NCBI RefSeq assembly: GCF_001194135.2
Contig: NC_069004.1
Coordinates: 17,233,954-17,297,953 of the forward strand
Direction of reading: 5' to 3'
DNA from: Octopus bimaculoides
Lineage: Eukaryota
Length of the DNA stretch: 64,000 bases
Shown here one piece after another: positions 1 through 11,439 of the stretch. The translations under genes were made by a program, and so were the position numbers. Under the pieces are notes generated by a model that was not told the origin of the DNA, did not search any database, and saw nothing but the letters and a program-made list of their open reading frames with translations. How positions within the stretch are numbered: the stretch's first letter is position 1; the number at the start of each line of letters is the position of its first letter.

Positions 1-340
1 TTTTCTTCGGCCAGATGTCTTTCCTGTCGCATACCCTGGTCTGTCTCCAAGCAAGGTAATATTTCCCCATGGCCAGACATGGTCTCAGAGAATACTGGAA
101 ATGAATAGCACAGCTTGTATGACAGTGTCACTCATTTTTAACTATCATATAATGTCAAGAATTCACTCACACACACAACACAATAGGCCTCATTCAGTTT
201 CTCTCTACCAAATCTACTCACAAGTCTTTGGTCAGCCCAGGGTTATATTTGAAGACACTTGCCTAAAGTGCTACACATTGGAACTGAACCCATAACCATG
301 AGATTGGGAAGCAAAATTTTTACCACACATCCCACATGAG
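1..340 (-). mobile_element. SINE family A2 (tRNA-like head shared with A1, RTE-type 3' part), truncated by window start
   Basis: 180-340 is the reverse complement of the family-A head. 1-170 matches the A2 body (ccaagcaaggtaatatttcc...gacatg) also seen at 11450-11700 and 17880-18100. Confidence 0.7.
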
Positions 341-494
341 GCATTTGTAATACTCTAAGCATTTGTAAATTATCATCATTTTTATATCTATTTTTCCATT
401 GTGCAATGGTTGGGAAAGGAGATTTTGAGGTATTGCTTTATGTCTAAATATACCTTTTTGCTTTTCATTTAGGGGTACAATGTACTTACATTAC

Positions 495-923
495 CCCTTT
501 AGCATTCAAACTGGCCATACCAGGCCCAAACATTCTGTTTTATATTTAACCCTTTAGCATTCAAACCAGTCGTATTTGGCCTAAATATTCTACCTGTATT
601 ATGCTCAGACTTGAGAGATCTGGTTTCTTACATGTACCATACAATGACAGGCTAAAAATAAACAATGACATTAATAACTTGAAGCTACAAGATAATGAAT
701 GATAGATTTAAAACAATATGAATAAATAAGCGTTACATTTGACAAAGTAATCTGAATTCTAAAGGGTTAAACTGGTCAGATCATGCTTCGTACACCTACC
801 CTACAATATCATTCTTAATATAAACAATCACATCATCAAAGCTACTAGATAATACATGATTAATTCAAAACAATGTGAATAAATAATCTCTACATTTGAT
901 AGAGTGATCTGAATGCTAAAGGG
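495..923. mobile_element. piggyBac-type MITE (outer copy)
   Basis: Ends CCCTTTAGCATTC...GAATGCTAAAGGG; flanks TTAC (491-494) and TTAA (924-927). Confidence 0.75.
550..766. mobile_element. piggyBac-type MITE of the same family nested in the outer copy
   Basis: CCCTTTAGCATTC...GAATTCTAAAGGG with TTAA duplicated at 546-549 and 767-770. Confidence 0.8.
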
Positions 924-954
924 TTAAAGGCCAGGATATAGTCTTAATAAAATG

Positions 955-1305
955 TGAAGGAGCATGGCTTAGTGGTTAGAGTGTCAGGCTCACAATCACG
1001 AGGTATTGAGTTTGATTTCTGGACTGGGCTGTGTTGTGTTCTTGAGCAAAAAACTTTATTTCACGTTGCTCCGGTTCACTCATCTGTAGAAACGAGTTGT
1101 GATATCACTGGTGCCAAGCTGTGTCAGCCTCTGCCTTTCCTTTGGATAACATCAGTGGCATGGAGAGAGGGGAGGCTGGTATACATGGGCAACTGCTGGT
1201 CTTCCATAAACAGCCTTGCCCAAACTTGTGCCTTGGAGGGTAACTTTCTGGATGCAATCCCATGGTCATTCATGACTGAGGGGGGTCTTTACTCTTTACC
1301 CTTTT
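955..1305 (+). mobile_element. tRNA-derived SINE (family F)
   Basis: A-box TGGCTTAGTGG, degenerate B-box (gagtttgatttct), central gtgttgtgttcttgagcaa motif, CTTTA-type tail. The ORF 954-1310 is incidental. Confidence 0.7.
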
Positions 1306-1544
1306 TATGATCCTAATAGATTGTATCTCAGCTTTTAAAATTATTATCTTATATAAAAATGAATGTATATGTTTCAAGTTGTAGGCCATTGTTTGGCTCT
1401 TAAGTGACTGGAATTTAGCACAGAAGCATATCTTTCCATGTGGCATCTACTGAATTTTGTTCTTTTGAACATCTGATAGAAAAACTAAAACCATTGTATA
1501 TACTTGTCCCAAGCACTACACCAGGGAGTGAGAAAAATTAATCT

Positions 1545-1778
1545 TTTATTTTTTATCTTTTACTTGTTTCAATCATTTGACTGTGACCATGCTGGGGCAC
1601 CACCTTGAAGGGTTTTAGTTGAACAAATTGACCTCAGGACTTATTTTTTTTAAAGTCTAGCACTTATTCTATCAGTCTCTTTTGTTGAACTGCTAAGTTA
1701 TGGGTATGTAAACACACCAACATTAGTTGTCAAGCGGTGGTGGGGGACAAACACAGACACAAAGACACACACACACAC

Positions 1779-1838
<60 letters not shown>

Positions 1839-2000
1839 ACATGCTTCTTTCAGTTTCCATTTACCAAATCCATTCACAAGGCTTTGTTCACCCCAAGGCT
1901 ATAGTAGAAGACACTTGCCCAGGGTATCATGAAGTGGGACTGAACCTGAAACCATGAGGTTGGAAAGCAAGCTTTTTATCACACAACCACACCTGCTCCT
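1545..2000 (-). mobile_element. SINE family A1, full length, with internal (CA)/(TA) tract
   Basis: Reverse complement of head, microsatellite and tail ending GAAACAAGTAAAAGA; matches 24812-25233. Confidence 0.85.
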
Positions 2001-2554
2001 ATAATGATTATAAAAATAATTAATTTCCCGTAATTATGTAAATTAGTTCAGTATTTCGAAAAAAATATTTTCCCTCAATATAAAAAAATATAGAAGTAAA
2101 ATTTTATTTTTATTTTCTATATTTTGTTTATTATTTTTTTTTTGCATATTCTTATGAATCCACTTGAACCATCTTCTGGATACCTTGGATACAAGAATTC
2201 TGAGGGAATCAACATTCCCAGATCAACTGAAGATTGTCAACATCTTTTTTAAATAATTTATTCAAAATATAGTGAAATCATGTTATAGTATTTATTTTGG
2301 GAATTAATATGCATGTGCAAGGCCTGGTACTACTGCCATTTTGTCTTGGGTAAAATCCCAAACCTTAGAATGGTTAATGACAGTCTGTATTGACAGCATT
2401 TAATCCGTAAGAGAGTTGATAAAAGAACTTTGCAAGGTAGAGAAAGAATTTGATAAATTCAGCTGCTGTGGAAATTGGAGAATGTCACAGGTTTCAGACT
2501 TTTGCACTTCAAATGAGAGAGGTGGGGGCGGAGTGAATATAATTGTGCTGTATA

Positions 2555-2990
2555 TATATTGTTCTAGCATTTTTGTCATTGTTGTTATTTAGATCCAAGT
2601 CAAGGCTGATTGAGCAGCTTTATGATCAAAAACACTATTTTTTTAATTTTTGGGAGCTGTTTTTGCTATGTTCAGGGAACACAGGGCCACAGTATTTATC
2701 AGGTTCACTTTTTAAGATGGCAGAGTGTGGGTTTAGGGAGATTTAGATGCTATTTCTAGCAGTTTGAACAACTGTATAAAGGTTTCCTCATTGGTTCATT
2801 ATTGTTGTTATAGTTGTTTAGATCCAGATCAGCTCTAATTATATAAATTAATGCTCAAAAGTATTCTGTCCATTATTATTTTCCTCTCAGAGAATAGTGT
2901 ATCAAAGACTACTTTACCATTCTCTTTTCTGAAGACAGTACAGTTCAATTTATGAGATGTCTTACTGTTATTTCTTGCAAGTTGACCCTT
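2555..2990 (-). repeat. Two fragments of dispersed repeat family D (ctagaaatagcagccaaatct motif, (CAA)n-type tail)
   Basis: The same motif recurs near 7450, 16530-16930, 18900-19085, 20780-20930, 25870-26010 and 34190-34660. Class not determined. Confidence 0.55.
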
Positions 2991-3700
2991 ATTTGTTTAG
3001 GGTGCACCACTAGGACCTTACTCTGAGTATGCAAATCTAAACTTTACCAGGCAGTTTTATTTAGGACATTAATCTAAAACCTTACTCTGTGATTTATTAA
3101 AGACACTGAAGTTATTATGTAGTTTTATTTATGGCACTGTTTTAGGTCTTTACTGGCCATATCTGTTTGGGACATTATTCCATGTAGCATCTTTATTTTG
3201 AACACTATTCTGGGATGCTACCCAACAGTTTTTATTTAGACACTTATAAATCTACTGTTGCTGTTTTGCTTGACCATTAATTTCATCAATGATGTGTAAA
3301 TAAGTGATGGGCAGGTTCACTGTCTGAGTTCAGGAGTATATGAATAGCTCATTGAGTTTAGATTTGGGGAACATTAACTCAATTCTGTTTTGATGCAAAG
3401 CTGGCCAATGAGCATACATGTAAGCCTGTGGTTCCTCTCTCTAAGTACCATCAGATCATTGTTTCTAGATACTGTGAGGTCTCTTTTCTTCAATACCCTA
3501 AAGTCACTCTCTCAAAGTAACTGTGACGTCACTCTCTCTCTCTCTCTAAGTGGCTGCAGCATTCTCCCTCTTGGTACCATAAGTCTAGGTACTGTGAAAT
3601 CACTCTCTCTAAGTACCTATAGTGACACTGTCCCTCTAGTTACCATTATGTTAGATTATCTAAATACCAATGGATATTGCCTTGAGCTACTGTGAAGTCA
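2990..3700. repeat. Two highly degenerate minisatellite-like tracts (about 25-35 bp motifs)
   Basis: Recurrent ttttatttaggacac (2990-3260) and gtcactctctctaagtacc (3430-3700) variants. Confidence 0.35.
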
Positions 3701-3993
3701 TTGTCACTCTACTTAATGTGACATCACCACAAAGTGCCTTTAATCATCACCATAAAATCATTTTTTTTAAGTTACCAGTGGGGAGCTGAGCTGATTAGAT
3801 CAGTGTATCATGATATTTTAATGAATCACATTATATGAGTGTATCTCCAAATTGACCAAGTTCAGAATATTATATTTATCTTTTTCACATTTGTAGAAAA
3901 AATTTAAACATTGAACTTTTATTTTGACTGCACAGACTTATTCTCACACACAATCTCAAAGATGCTGTGTTTAGTTGAAATACATGCATGCAT

Positions 3994-4029
<36 letters not shown>

Positions 4030-4779
4030 TCATCATTATCATCATCATCATTTGATGTCTGTTCTATGCTGGTGTAGGTTGGACATTTTGACATGATTTG
4101 ATGGGTTCAAGGACTGCATCATGTCTCAGGATCTGCTTTGGTGTGGTTTCTACAACTGGATCCCTTCCTAATGCCAACCACTTTATAGTATTTTTTATGT
4201 GCTTTTGTTGTCCCATTGACACTTGTGAGGATGTCGTGCAGCTTGCAAGTCTACAAAACCCAAAGAGATGGGAATTTTCATCCTTATGCACCCATTTAAT
4301 CAGGAAGAAAAGGTAGTGAATATGGTCCACTACAGGGCTCTCAGGACTAGTGGGCGTGGAGAAAGAGGTATTCTCAAACCAGAGATTTAGATACTTGCAA
4401 CTGTGGACTCTGGTAAAGACACCCAAGGATCAGTTAGTTGTGTTGAACCAAGCAATAGATTAAGTCTACAAGCCATAAGTGATAACAGGATTCCATTGTT
4501 GGTCTTATTCAAGAAGGTCAGCAAATGCTGGGGGAAGAAGAATTTTCTGAGTCTAAAGAGATTTTGGGTTACTTTTTTGCCATTTTATCAGTTACAAGTT
4601 CTTCAGAAGAGATGAAAGTCCCATTGACTGAAATATTCAAAAGTGAGCTGATAATGGATGAAACCAGTTTTTTCAAAATTCCTATTTTGTTTTCTTCACA
4701 TATCAACTTGTGTAGGTTGAACTGTGTAAAATGTTAGAGAAAGAAACCTGGCTGTTTCTTGTAATACATTGAAAGCAAA

Positions 4780-4881
4780 ATTTTTTCAGGGGCCCTTAAT
4801 ATACTAGTGTGGATCCTCAATTTACTATTTTGTTGCATGGATCCCCAAACATCTTATATGGACCCGGGTTGAGAATCACTG
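4780..4881. mobile_element. hAT (Charlie-like) MITE end fragment
   Basis: Terminal ggttgagaatcactg is the reverse complement of CAGTGATTCTCAACC, a Charlie-type TIR. The other end was not found. Confidence 0.45.
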
Positions 4882-5028
4882 AGCTAGATGATCTCTTGCA
4901 TACAAATCTTTTAGCTAGAGCATTTCATTATTTCATAGTATCTTATATATATTTTTTTAATTTGGTAGATTTTTTTTTTTTGTAATGTTTTGTCTTCATT
5001 ATATTTTTTTCTTTTGTTGTCATAACAG

Positions 5029-5151
5029 ATAGATGAGGAACAAGATGTAAAACCTATCCAAGAACCGTCGATAGAAATCAAGTTTAATTCATATGATCTA
5101 CCTTCTGAACCAGAACGGGTGTTTGAAGAAGTTTACTATTTTGCTAAATAA
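5029..5151 (+). CDS. Probable 3'-terminal coding exon of an unidentified host gene (IDEEQDVKPIQEPSIEIKFNSYDLPSEPERVFEEVYYFAK*)
   Basis: Polypyrimidine tract and CAG at 5026-5028; only phase 0 is open; protein-like composition; TAA at 5149-5151; AATAAA at 5222-5227. Confidence 0.6.
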   Translation: MDEEQDVKPIQEPSIEIKFNSYDLPSEPERVFEEVYYFAK

Positions 5152-5444
5152 TATCATTATAATTATTATGTTTAATGAAGACAACTCCACCTTACACTCG
5201 TACACACAAAAAGAGAATAATAATAAAGTATTTTAATTTTTCATTGGTTCATTATTATAATTTTTTTACCTTTTTTTTTTTTTGATTAAGAAACTGAACT
5301 ACCATACTTTAAGGTGCTGGAAATTTTTCTCCATTTAGTTCTAAAATCTCTAAATGAGATATAAGTAGTAACAATACTAGACAGTAACGTTTTCTTCCAC
5401 TATACCATGGCTGTTCTATATAGAACTATGTTACTACATTTTAA

Positions 5445-5493
5445 CCCTATGAAAATGTCTTTTCCAGCTGGTTAATGACACATTTTCCTAGGG
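5445..5493. mobile_element. 49-bp piggyBac-like mini element
   Basis: TTAA|CCCTATGAAAATGT...ACATTTTCCTAGGG|TTAA. Confidence 0.5.
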
Positions 5494-5594
5494 TTAAAAT
5501 GCAGTACCATTTGTTAGGTAACAATCCAATTATATAACTCTACATTCGTCAAAGTTAGCCAATATGTAAGGGAATATGGCGACTGCTCTCTAAT

Positions 5595-5875
5595 TTAATG
5601 TCTGATTTCCATGCTGCCATGGGTTGGACGGTTCGACTGAGAACTTATAATCCGGGAGGCTGCCCCAGGCTGATTTGGCAAGGTTTCTACAGCTGGATGC
5701 CCTTCTTAATGTCAACCACTCCGAGAGTGAAGTGAGTGCTTTTACGTGCTGCTGGCACAGGAGCCAGTCAGGTGGTACTGGCATCAGCCATGCTCAAATA
5801 GTGCTTTTTATGTGCCACCAGCACAGGTGCTAGTCAGGTAGCACTGGCATCGGTCACATTCGAATGGTGCCAAGA
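5595..5875 (-). mobile_element. Family C element (RTE 3'-UTR-like) with internal 40-60 nt repeats
   Basis: tttaatgtc..tttccatgc..gcatgggttggacgg tail plus ggatgcccttc motif. Other copies at about 4075-4240, 31285-31430 (+), 35205-35420, 37055-37190 and 61675-61790. Confidence 0.7.
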
Positions 5876-5954
5876 AGGCAAGTCAAATTCTGTGATAGCA
5901 ACTACTGTAGGCAGGTCTACGAATTGTAGCTCGTTTTAAGTCATCATGATCAAC

Positions 5955-6690
5955 AGATGCTAAACCCAAAACTGGTAGACCTCATAAAACTTCACCGAGA
6001 CAGGATCCTATTATGGTTAGAATGTCACTAAAAGATAGGTTTTAGAGATATCCTGCGAATTTAGCTCCACTTCCAATGTCAATGTATTGCGCAAAACAGT
6101 TTCTCGGAAGTTATGAGGTTCTGGGTTGCTTGCTTGGGCACCGGCAAAGAAACCTCTGATCTCCAAGAAGAATCAAAGAGCCCGTCTTTGTTTTGCTCAA
6201 GATCATGTCATTTGGACAGAAGAACAGTGGTTGCAAGTTCATTTTAGCGATGAATCGAAGTTTAATGTGACTGGTTCCAATGGTGGGATGTATGTCCGAT
6301 GAAGAAGTGGTGAAAGGTTATCTTGTGCATGTGTGAAGGAGACAGTGAAATATGGAGGAGGCAGTGTAATGGTATGGGGGGGGGGTGATCTCTGCTGTTG
6401 GACCTGATCCACTTATTCGCCTACAAAGGACTGTCAATGCTGAAATCTACAAGCAGATTCTTAGCATGCCCTTCTACATCTCCGATCTACGTCAGTTCAA
6501 CCTCCTATCTTCATACAGGACAATACTCCCTGTCACACTGCAAGGAGATTCAAAGATTTTTTGAGTGATGAAGGGGTTGATTTCATGGACTGGCCGCCTC
6601 AAAGTCCTGATCTCAACCCTATAGAAAATGTTTGGAAGATTATTGGAGATGGGGCATGAAGGAGAAATCTGTAACAAGTAGAGGCATTGC
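5955..6690 (+). mobile_element. Decayed Tc1 (DD34E) transposase
   Basis: Translates to GRPHKT, HFSDESKF (6240), KYGGGSVMVWG, QDN-34 aa-E, WPPQSPDLNPIENVW (6591). Contains stops and frameshifts. Confidence 0.9.
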
Positions 6691-6842
6691 CACTATAACA
6701 CGGTTTGCCACTGTTACATTTAGATGGCGTAACGAAAGAGCCTTTCATAAACTTCACAAATAATTTGATGCAATTACATTACTGAACTACGACTACTATT
6801 TCTTCTTCTTCTTCTTCTTCTTCTTCTTCTTCTTCTTCTTCT

Positions 6843-7350
6843 AATGTCCATTTTCCATGCTGGCATGGGTTGGATGGCTTAACAGGTGATGGCCAGCTGG
6901 AGAGCTTCCCAGGCTTCATGTCTGCTTTGGCCTGGTTTCTATGGTTGGATTCCCTTCCTAACTGCAACCACTTTACTGAGTGTACTGGATGCTTTTATGC
7001 AGCACTGGCATGGATGCATTTACATGGCACTGGTACATGTGCTTTTATTGTGGCACCAACACCCACAAACCCGCAAGATTAGGATTGCTCAGCTGGAGAG
7101 GGATGCAGGGGACATACCAGTATGCAAGGACAACCATGATTTTACTCTGCTTGACATGTCTTCTCAAGAACAGCTAACCACCAGAAGTCTCAGTTCCTTG
7201 TCATCCCCTCTGTGAATTTCAACATCTAAAGATCCCTTCTCACCACTTTGTCCCATGTCTTCCTGGGTTTACTTTTTCTGTATGTTCCCTCCACAATTAG
7301 AGATCAGCACCTCTTGATGCAACTATCTTTATTCTTATGCATCACATGAC
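6843..7350 (-). mobile_element. RTE-clade LINE 3' end (ORF2 C-terminus plus 3' UTR)
   Basis: Minus-strand translation ...SCIKRC*SLIVEGTYRKSKPRKTWDKVVRRDL*ML...LEKTCQAE*. The 3' UTR is of the family-C type and abuts a (GAA)n tract. Confidence 0.8.
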
Positions 7351-8286
7351 TATACCAGCACAGTCTTTTCTCTTGTACACTACATCTTATGCCTCATATT
7401 TCCAGTTTTCCTCTCAAATCACTTATACTCTCAAAATGGTAACATGTGATACAGAGGAAATCTGGCTGTTATTTCTAGCATATCAAGCAACCATTATGGT
7501 GACTCGTACATTGATATGATTTTCTAAAAGAATGAATAGAATAGAGTAATATTTATGATATAGTATGATTTAGAGGATCCCATAGTGTAACAGTTTTTTT
7601 TATATAATACAACAAGCATCAGTATGGATCTTAAATTATAGTTTAAAAAATTCATGATCCTCCAATTCACAATGGAGCATCATGTGAGAGCCACTGATGT
7701 AAAAAAGATATTTTATAGGTCTAGCATAACCCATGATGGATCTAATGTATCGTTTGTACCCTGTTATTGTCTGAGTTTTGGCATTGGTCAAACGTAGGAC
7801 CTGTGAAGGCTCAAGGCATGTTAGTGTTGTTTTACATTTTATGTTGATTCTATAAAAGAGTCAAGTGACAAGAAAGGCCTAATTATGAAAGCAAAAAAAA
7901 AAAAAAAAGACAGACAATGGTTATTAGTAAAACAGAACAAATGGAAATATAAAAATGTTCTGCTCACTTTATACCTTTAATGCTGTGTGGAATATAAGAT
8001 ACCTTACTTGGAAAAAGAGGTAAAGATTAGTGTTAGAAAGGGCATCTGGCTGTAAGACAATGTTTAAATGACATATCTAACCCATGCAAGCATGAAGAAA
8101 TGGGGAAACAAATGAATGAATGTACATATGAATAGTTGCAGTTTGATGAGCTGTTGTCAGTTAGACTTCGAAGTTACTGTTACCTTGTATTTTGCGTCTA
8201 TAAAATATTTAGAATCTACACTTCTATTGAGTTCTTAAAGTTTTTTTTGTTTTTAAAGCTGCTTATAAACATGCACTCGAAGTGTA

Positions 8287-8330
<44 letters not shown>

Positions 8331-8471
8331 TTATGAGCGATAGTGGTGTCAATTAGACCCAGAGGTTTCAGGTAATGCTGAGCAAGTGCTATGGATAGAC
8401 CATAGTTAAGCTCCAGGTTCGGTTATTATGCGAATAAGGGGTCCAACGTAGGTTATATATCAGCTTGTGAA

Positions 8472-8810
8472 TATAAGGATTTACTTTTCGTAATGAGATA
8501 AAAAACCAAGGTTGTGTATATTTTCCAATACCTTCAGGTATTGGAATCTTATACGTGTACCATTCTGCCTAAACAATGGATTTACAAATACAATATCCAC
8601 GCATATCTCACATCTATTTTCGTTCCTTCAATTCACTCTCTATTTCCTATCTTATCTAAATTAACTGTTGCTTAACCATCCTCTCACACTGCCTCCGATG
8701 AAGGGATATAATAAATATCCTGGAAACAGCTGTAAGACCTTCTATTTATAAATGTTCTAAAATATACACAGCCTTGGTTTTTTATCTCATTATGAAAAGT
8801 AAATCCTTAT
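8472..8810 (+). mobile_element. Penelope-LTR-like element with 52-bp inverted ends
   Basis: 8472-8523 is the reverse complement of 8759-8810 (2 mismatches). It contains a hammerhead motif and ends in (TA)n. Confidence 0.6.
8692..8737 (+). ncRNA. Type I hammerhead-ribozyme-like motif, U4C core variant
   Basis: CCGATGA-A-GGGATAT(aataa)ATATCCT-G-GAAAC-AGCT-GTA-aga, with a palindromic stem III. Confidence 0.55.
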
Positions 8811-8819
8811 ATATATATA

Positions 8820-9220
8820 TCTTTTATCTTTGGTTTTAGTCATTAGACTGTGACCATGCTGGGGCACCAACTTGAAGAATTTTTAATCAAATCAATCTAC
8901 CCCAGTACTTTTTTAAGCCTCGTACTTATTCTATTGATCACTTTTACCGAACCATCAAGTTATGGGGATGTAAACACACCAACACTACAACAGTTGTCAA
9001 GTGGTGGTGGTGGGGGACAAACAGGCACAAAGACACACACACACACACACACAAATATGATGGGCTTCTTTTAGTTTCCTTCTACTACATTCACTCATAA
9101 GGCTTAGTTGGCTAAAGGCTATAGTAGAATACACTTGCCCAAGGTGCCACACAGTGGGACTGAACCCAGACTCATGTAGTTGTGAAGCAAGCTTCTTACC
9201 ACACAGCCACACCTGCATTT
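8820..9220 (-). mobile_element. SINE family A1
   Basis: Head, (CA)n spacer and tail as in the other copies. Confidence 0.8.
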
Positions 9221-9479
9221 ATACACACATACACACACCTGTTGTGTGTTACTGCTACAATAGCTTCATATTTCCACATCATTAACTTTGGCTATTATTT
9301 TTATTGGATTATTACCTAATAGACTGTAACTGTTCTCCTATTCTAATACACGCACACACACACACACATACAGGCACACACTCGCATGCACGTGTACACT
9401 TGAGTGTATAAATGACATTGAATGATGAGAAAGAGCATTCAACGCATAACAGCAGAATTTATTTGTTTATTCAAAGCTA

Positions 9480-9860
9480 ATGCTTCATTATTGCTCTGGA
9501 AAGCATGAAACTTTGATATCTAATCATCATCAACATCTTCCTCATTTTCCTGCATCCTTTTCCTTGTTTGTGTGGGTTGGATGTATTCAAAAACAGTCTC
9601 ACATCCTGCCACTCTCCATTGTCACCTGGCATACACAAGGACAGTAATAATAGAAGTGTTATTTTTGTTTTTGTTTCCAAGGTTTTTACACCTGTATGTT
9701 CTTCAAATCACCGTCTACTGATTGGGGAATATGTAATTACATAGGGGCAACACAAAACAGATTGTCTATAGCTTGTGTAAGGTGTCCCCTTATATCCTGT
9801 ATAAATTTCTGTTTGAGATTACTGCTCTCCTAGACTGGTCACCTCTAATGTGACATACAG
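9480..9860 (-). mobile_element. Possible very decayed non-LTR RT fragment
   Basis: Minus strand gives RI*GDTL...LFCVA, resembling the QGDxLSPxLF motif. Weak. Confidence 0.25.
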
Positions 9861-9893
9861 AATCAACATCTCTTCCATTTTACTTCTCAAATA

Positions 9894-10015
9894 CATGGTT
9901 CCAGGTTCAGTCCCACCACATGGCACCTTGGGCAAGTATCTTCTACTATGGCTCCAGGCTGACCAAAACCTTGTGAGTGGATTTGGTAAGCAGAAACTAA
10001 GAAGCTTGTCATATT
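9894..10015 (+). mobile_element. SINE family A head fragment running into (TA)n and a gap
   Basis: ggttcagtcccac...ggcaccttgggcaagt...gtgagtggatttggt. Confidence 0.75.
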
Positions 10016-10429
10016 TATATATATATATATATNNNNNNNNNNNNNNNNNNNNNNNNNNNNNNNNNNNNNNNNNNNNNNNNNNNNNNNNNNNNNNNNNNNN
10101 NNNNNNNNNNNNNNNNNNNNNNNNNNNNNNNNNNNNNNNNNNNNNNNNNNNNNNNNNNNNNNNNNNNNNNNNNNNNNNNNNNNNNNNNNNNNNNNNNNNN
10201 NNNNNNNNNNNNNNNNNNNNNNNNNNNNNNNNNNNNNNNNNNNNNNNNNNNNNNNNNNNNNNNNNNNNNNNNNNNNNNNNNNNNNNNNNNNNNNNNNNNN
10301 NNNNNNNNNNNNNNNNNNNNNNNNNNNNNNNNNNNNNNNNNNNNNNNNNNNNNNNNNNNNNNNNNNNNNNNATATATATATATATATATAATTGTAGCGT
10401 GGAAGGTGTTTATAAGCCATTTAAAATAA

Positions 10430-11039
10430 CACACAAAAACTGTTTGTATATGTGTGGAGACAGCCAAAAGAAGCATTTGACCCAGACTGCCTTCTTCCAA
10501 CTGTTAAACATGGAGGAGGATCTGTGATTATCTGGTGGGGCTATATCTTGGAAATCTGCTGGCCCAATGGTTTCCCTTCATGGCAGAATTAATAGTCAAG
10601 ACTATTTAAGCATTTTATCTGATCAAATTTATCTTATGGTTGCGGAACTGTTTCTGGAGAGAAGCGCAATCTTTCAGGTTGATAATGCACCAATTCACAC
10701 AGTTAAAATTGTTACTGAATGGCACGAGGAACATTCTAGTGAAGTTGAACATCTTATCTGGCCACCACATTCCCCAGATCTCAAAGTTATTGAACATTTA
10801 TGGTGCATTTTAGAAAAACAGGTAAGGAGTCAATATCCTACACCATCATCACTGAAAGAACTGGAGACTGTTTCAACTGAAGAATGGAGAAAAATTCTTT
10901 TGGAAACAAATTCAAACTTTGTATGAGTCCATATGTCATAGAATTCAAGCTATAATTACTGCCAAAGGCAGCCCTACCCCATATTAAAATAAATTTGTTT
11001 TTAATTTTAAGGTGTTTCCATTATTTTGTTCAACCCCTG
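10430..11039 (+). mobile_element. 5'-truncated Tc1-like element with DD36E spacing and intact right end
   Basis: VKHGGGSV, FQVDNAPIH-36 aa-E (SPDLKVIEHLW), AKGSPTPY*. Ends ...tccattattttgttcaacccctg|TA in a TA tract. Confidence 0.85.
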
Positions 11040-11076
11040 TATATATATATATATAAATATATATATATATACTTTT

Positions 11077-11280
11077 ATTTAAAATGCAGAGATGCCTATA
11101 ATAGGACATCTAACCCGCTAGAAATAGTAGCAAAATACTACATACCACAAAATTAGGGATAATTTCGAAAGGGAATGAAAAATAAATTTCGAAATTATCC
11201 CTAATTTTGTGGTATGTAGTATTTTGCTACTATTTCTAGCGGGTTAGATGTCCTATTATAGGCATCTCTGCATTTTAAAT
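11077..11280. repeat. Perfect 94-bp inverted repeat with a 16-nt spacer (fold-back element)
   Basis: 11077-11170 is the exact reverse complement of 11187-11280. Confidence 0.95.
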
Positions 11281-11376
11281 GAATAATACATAGTCTATTA
11301 ACTGTTTTTTACTCTCGCTAGACCACTGGTGGTAAATAAAATTTTTAAAATTTTTTTGCTACCCTGTAATTTATTA

Positions 11377-11408
<32 letters not shown>

Positions 11409-11439
11409 GAATGTATATATATATATATTGTCATCATCA

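Noticed and set aside
1727-1957. Many 60-140 aa ORFs with [12 protein letters not shown] tracts and YQIHSQGF or EDTCP motifs
   Set aside because: Translations of SINE family A and its internal microsatellite.
4260-4740. Short overlapping ORFs upstream of the 5029 exon
   Set aside because: No consistent splice sites or recognisable motif.
9850-10527. Long ORFs spanning N-gaps (also 33316-34056, 37171-37953, 45492-46202, 48630-49484, 56636-57595)
   Set aside because: Open only because N codons and microsatellites lack stops.
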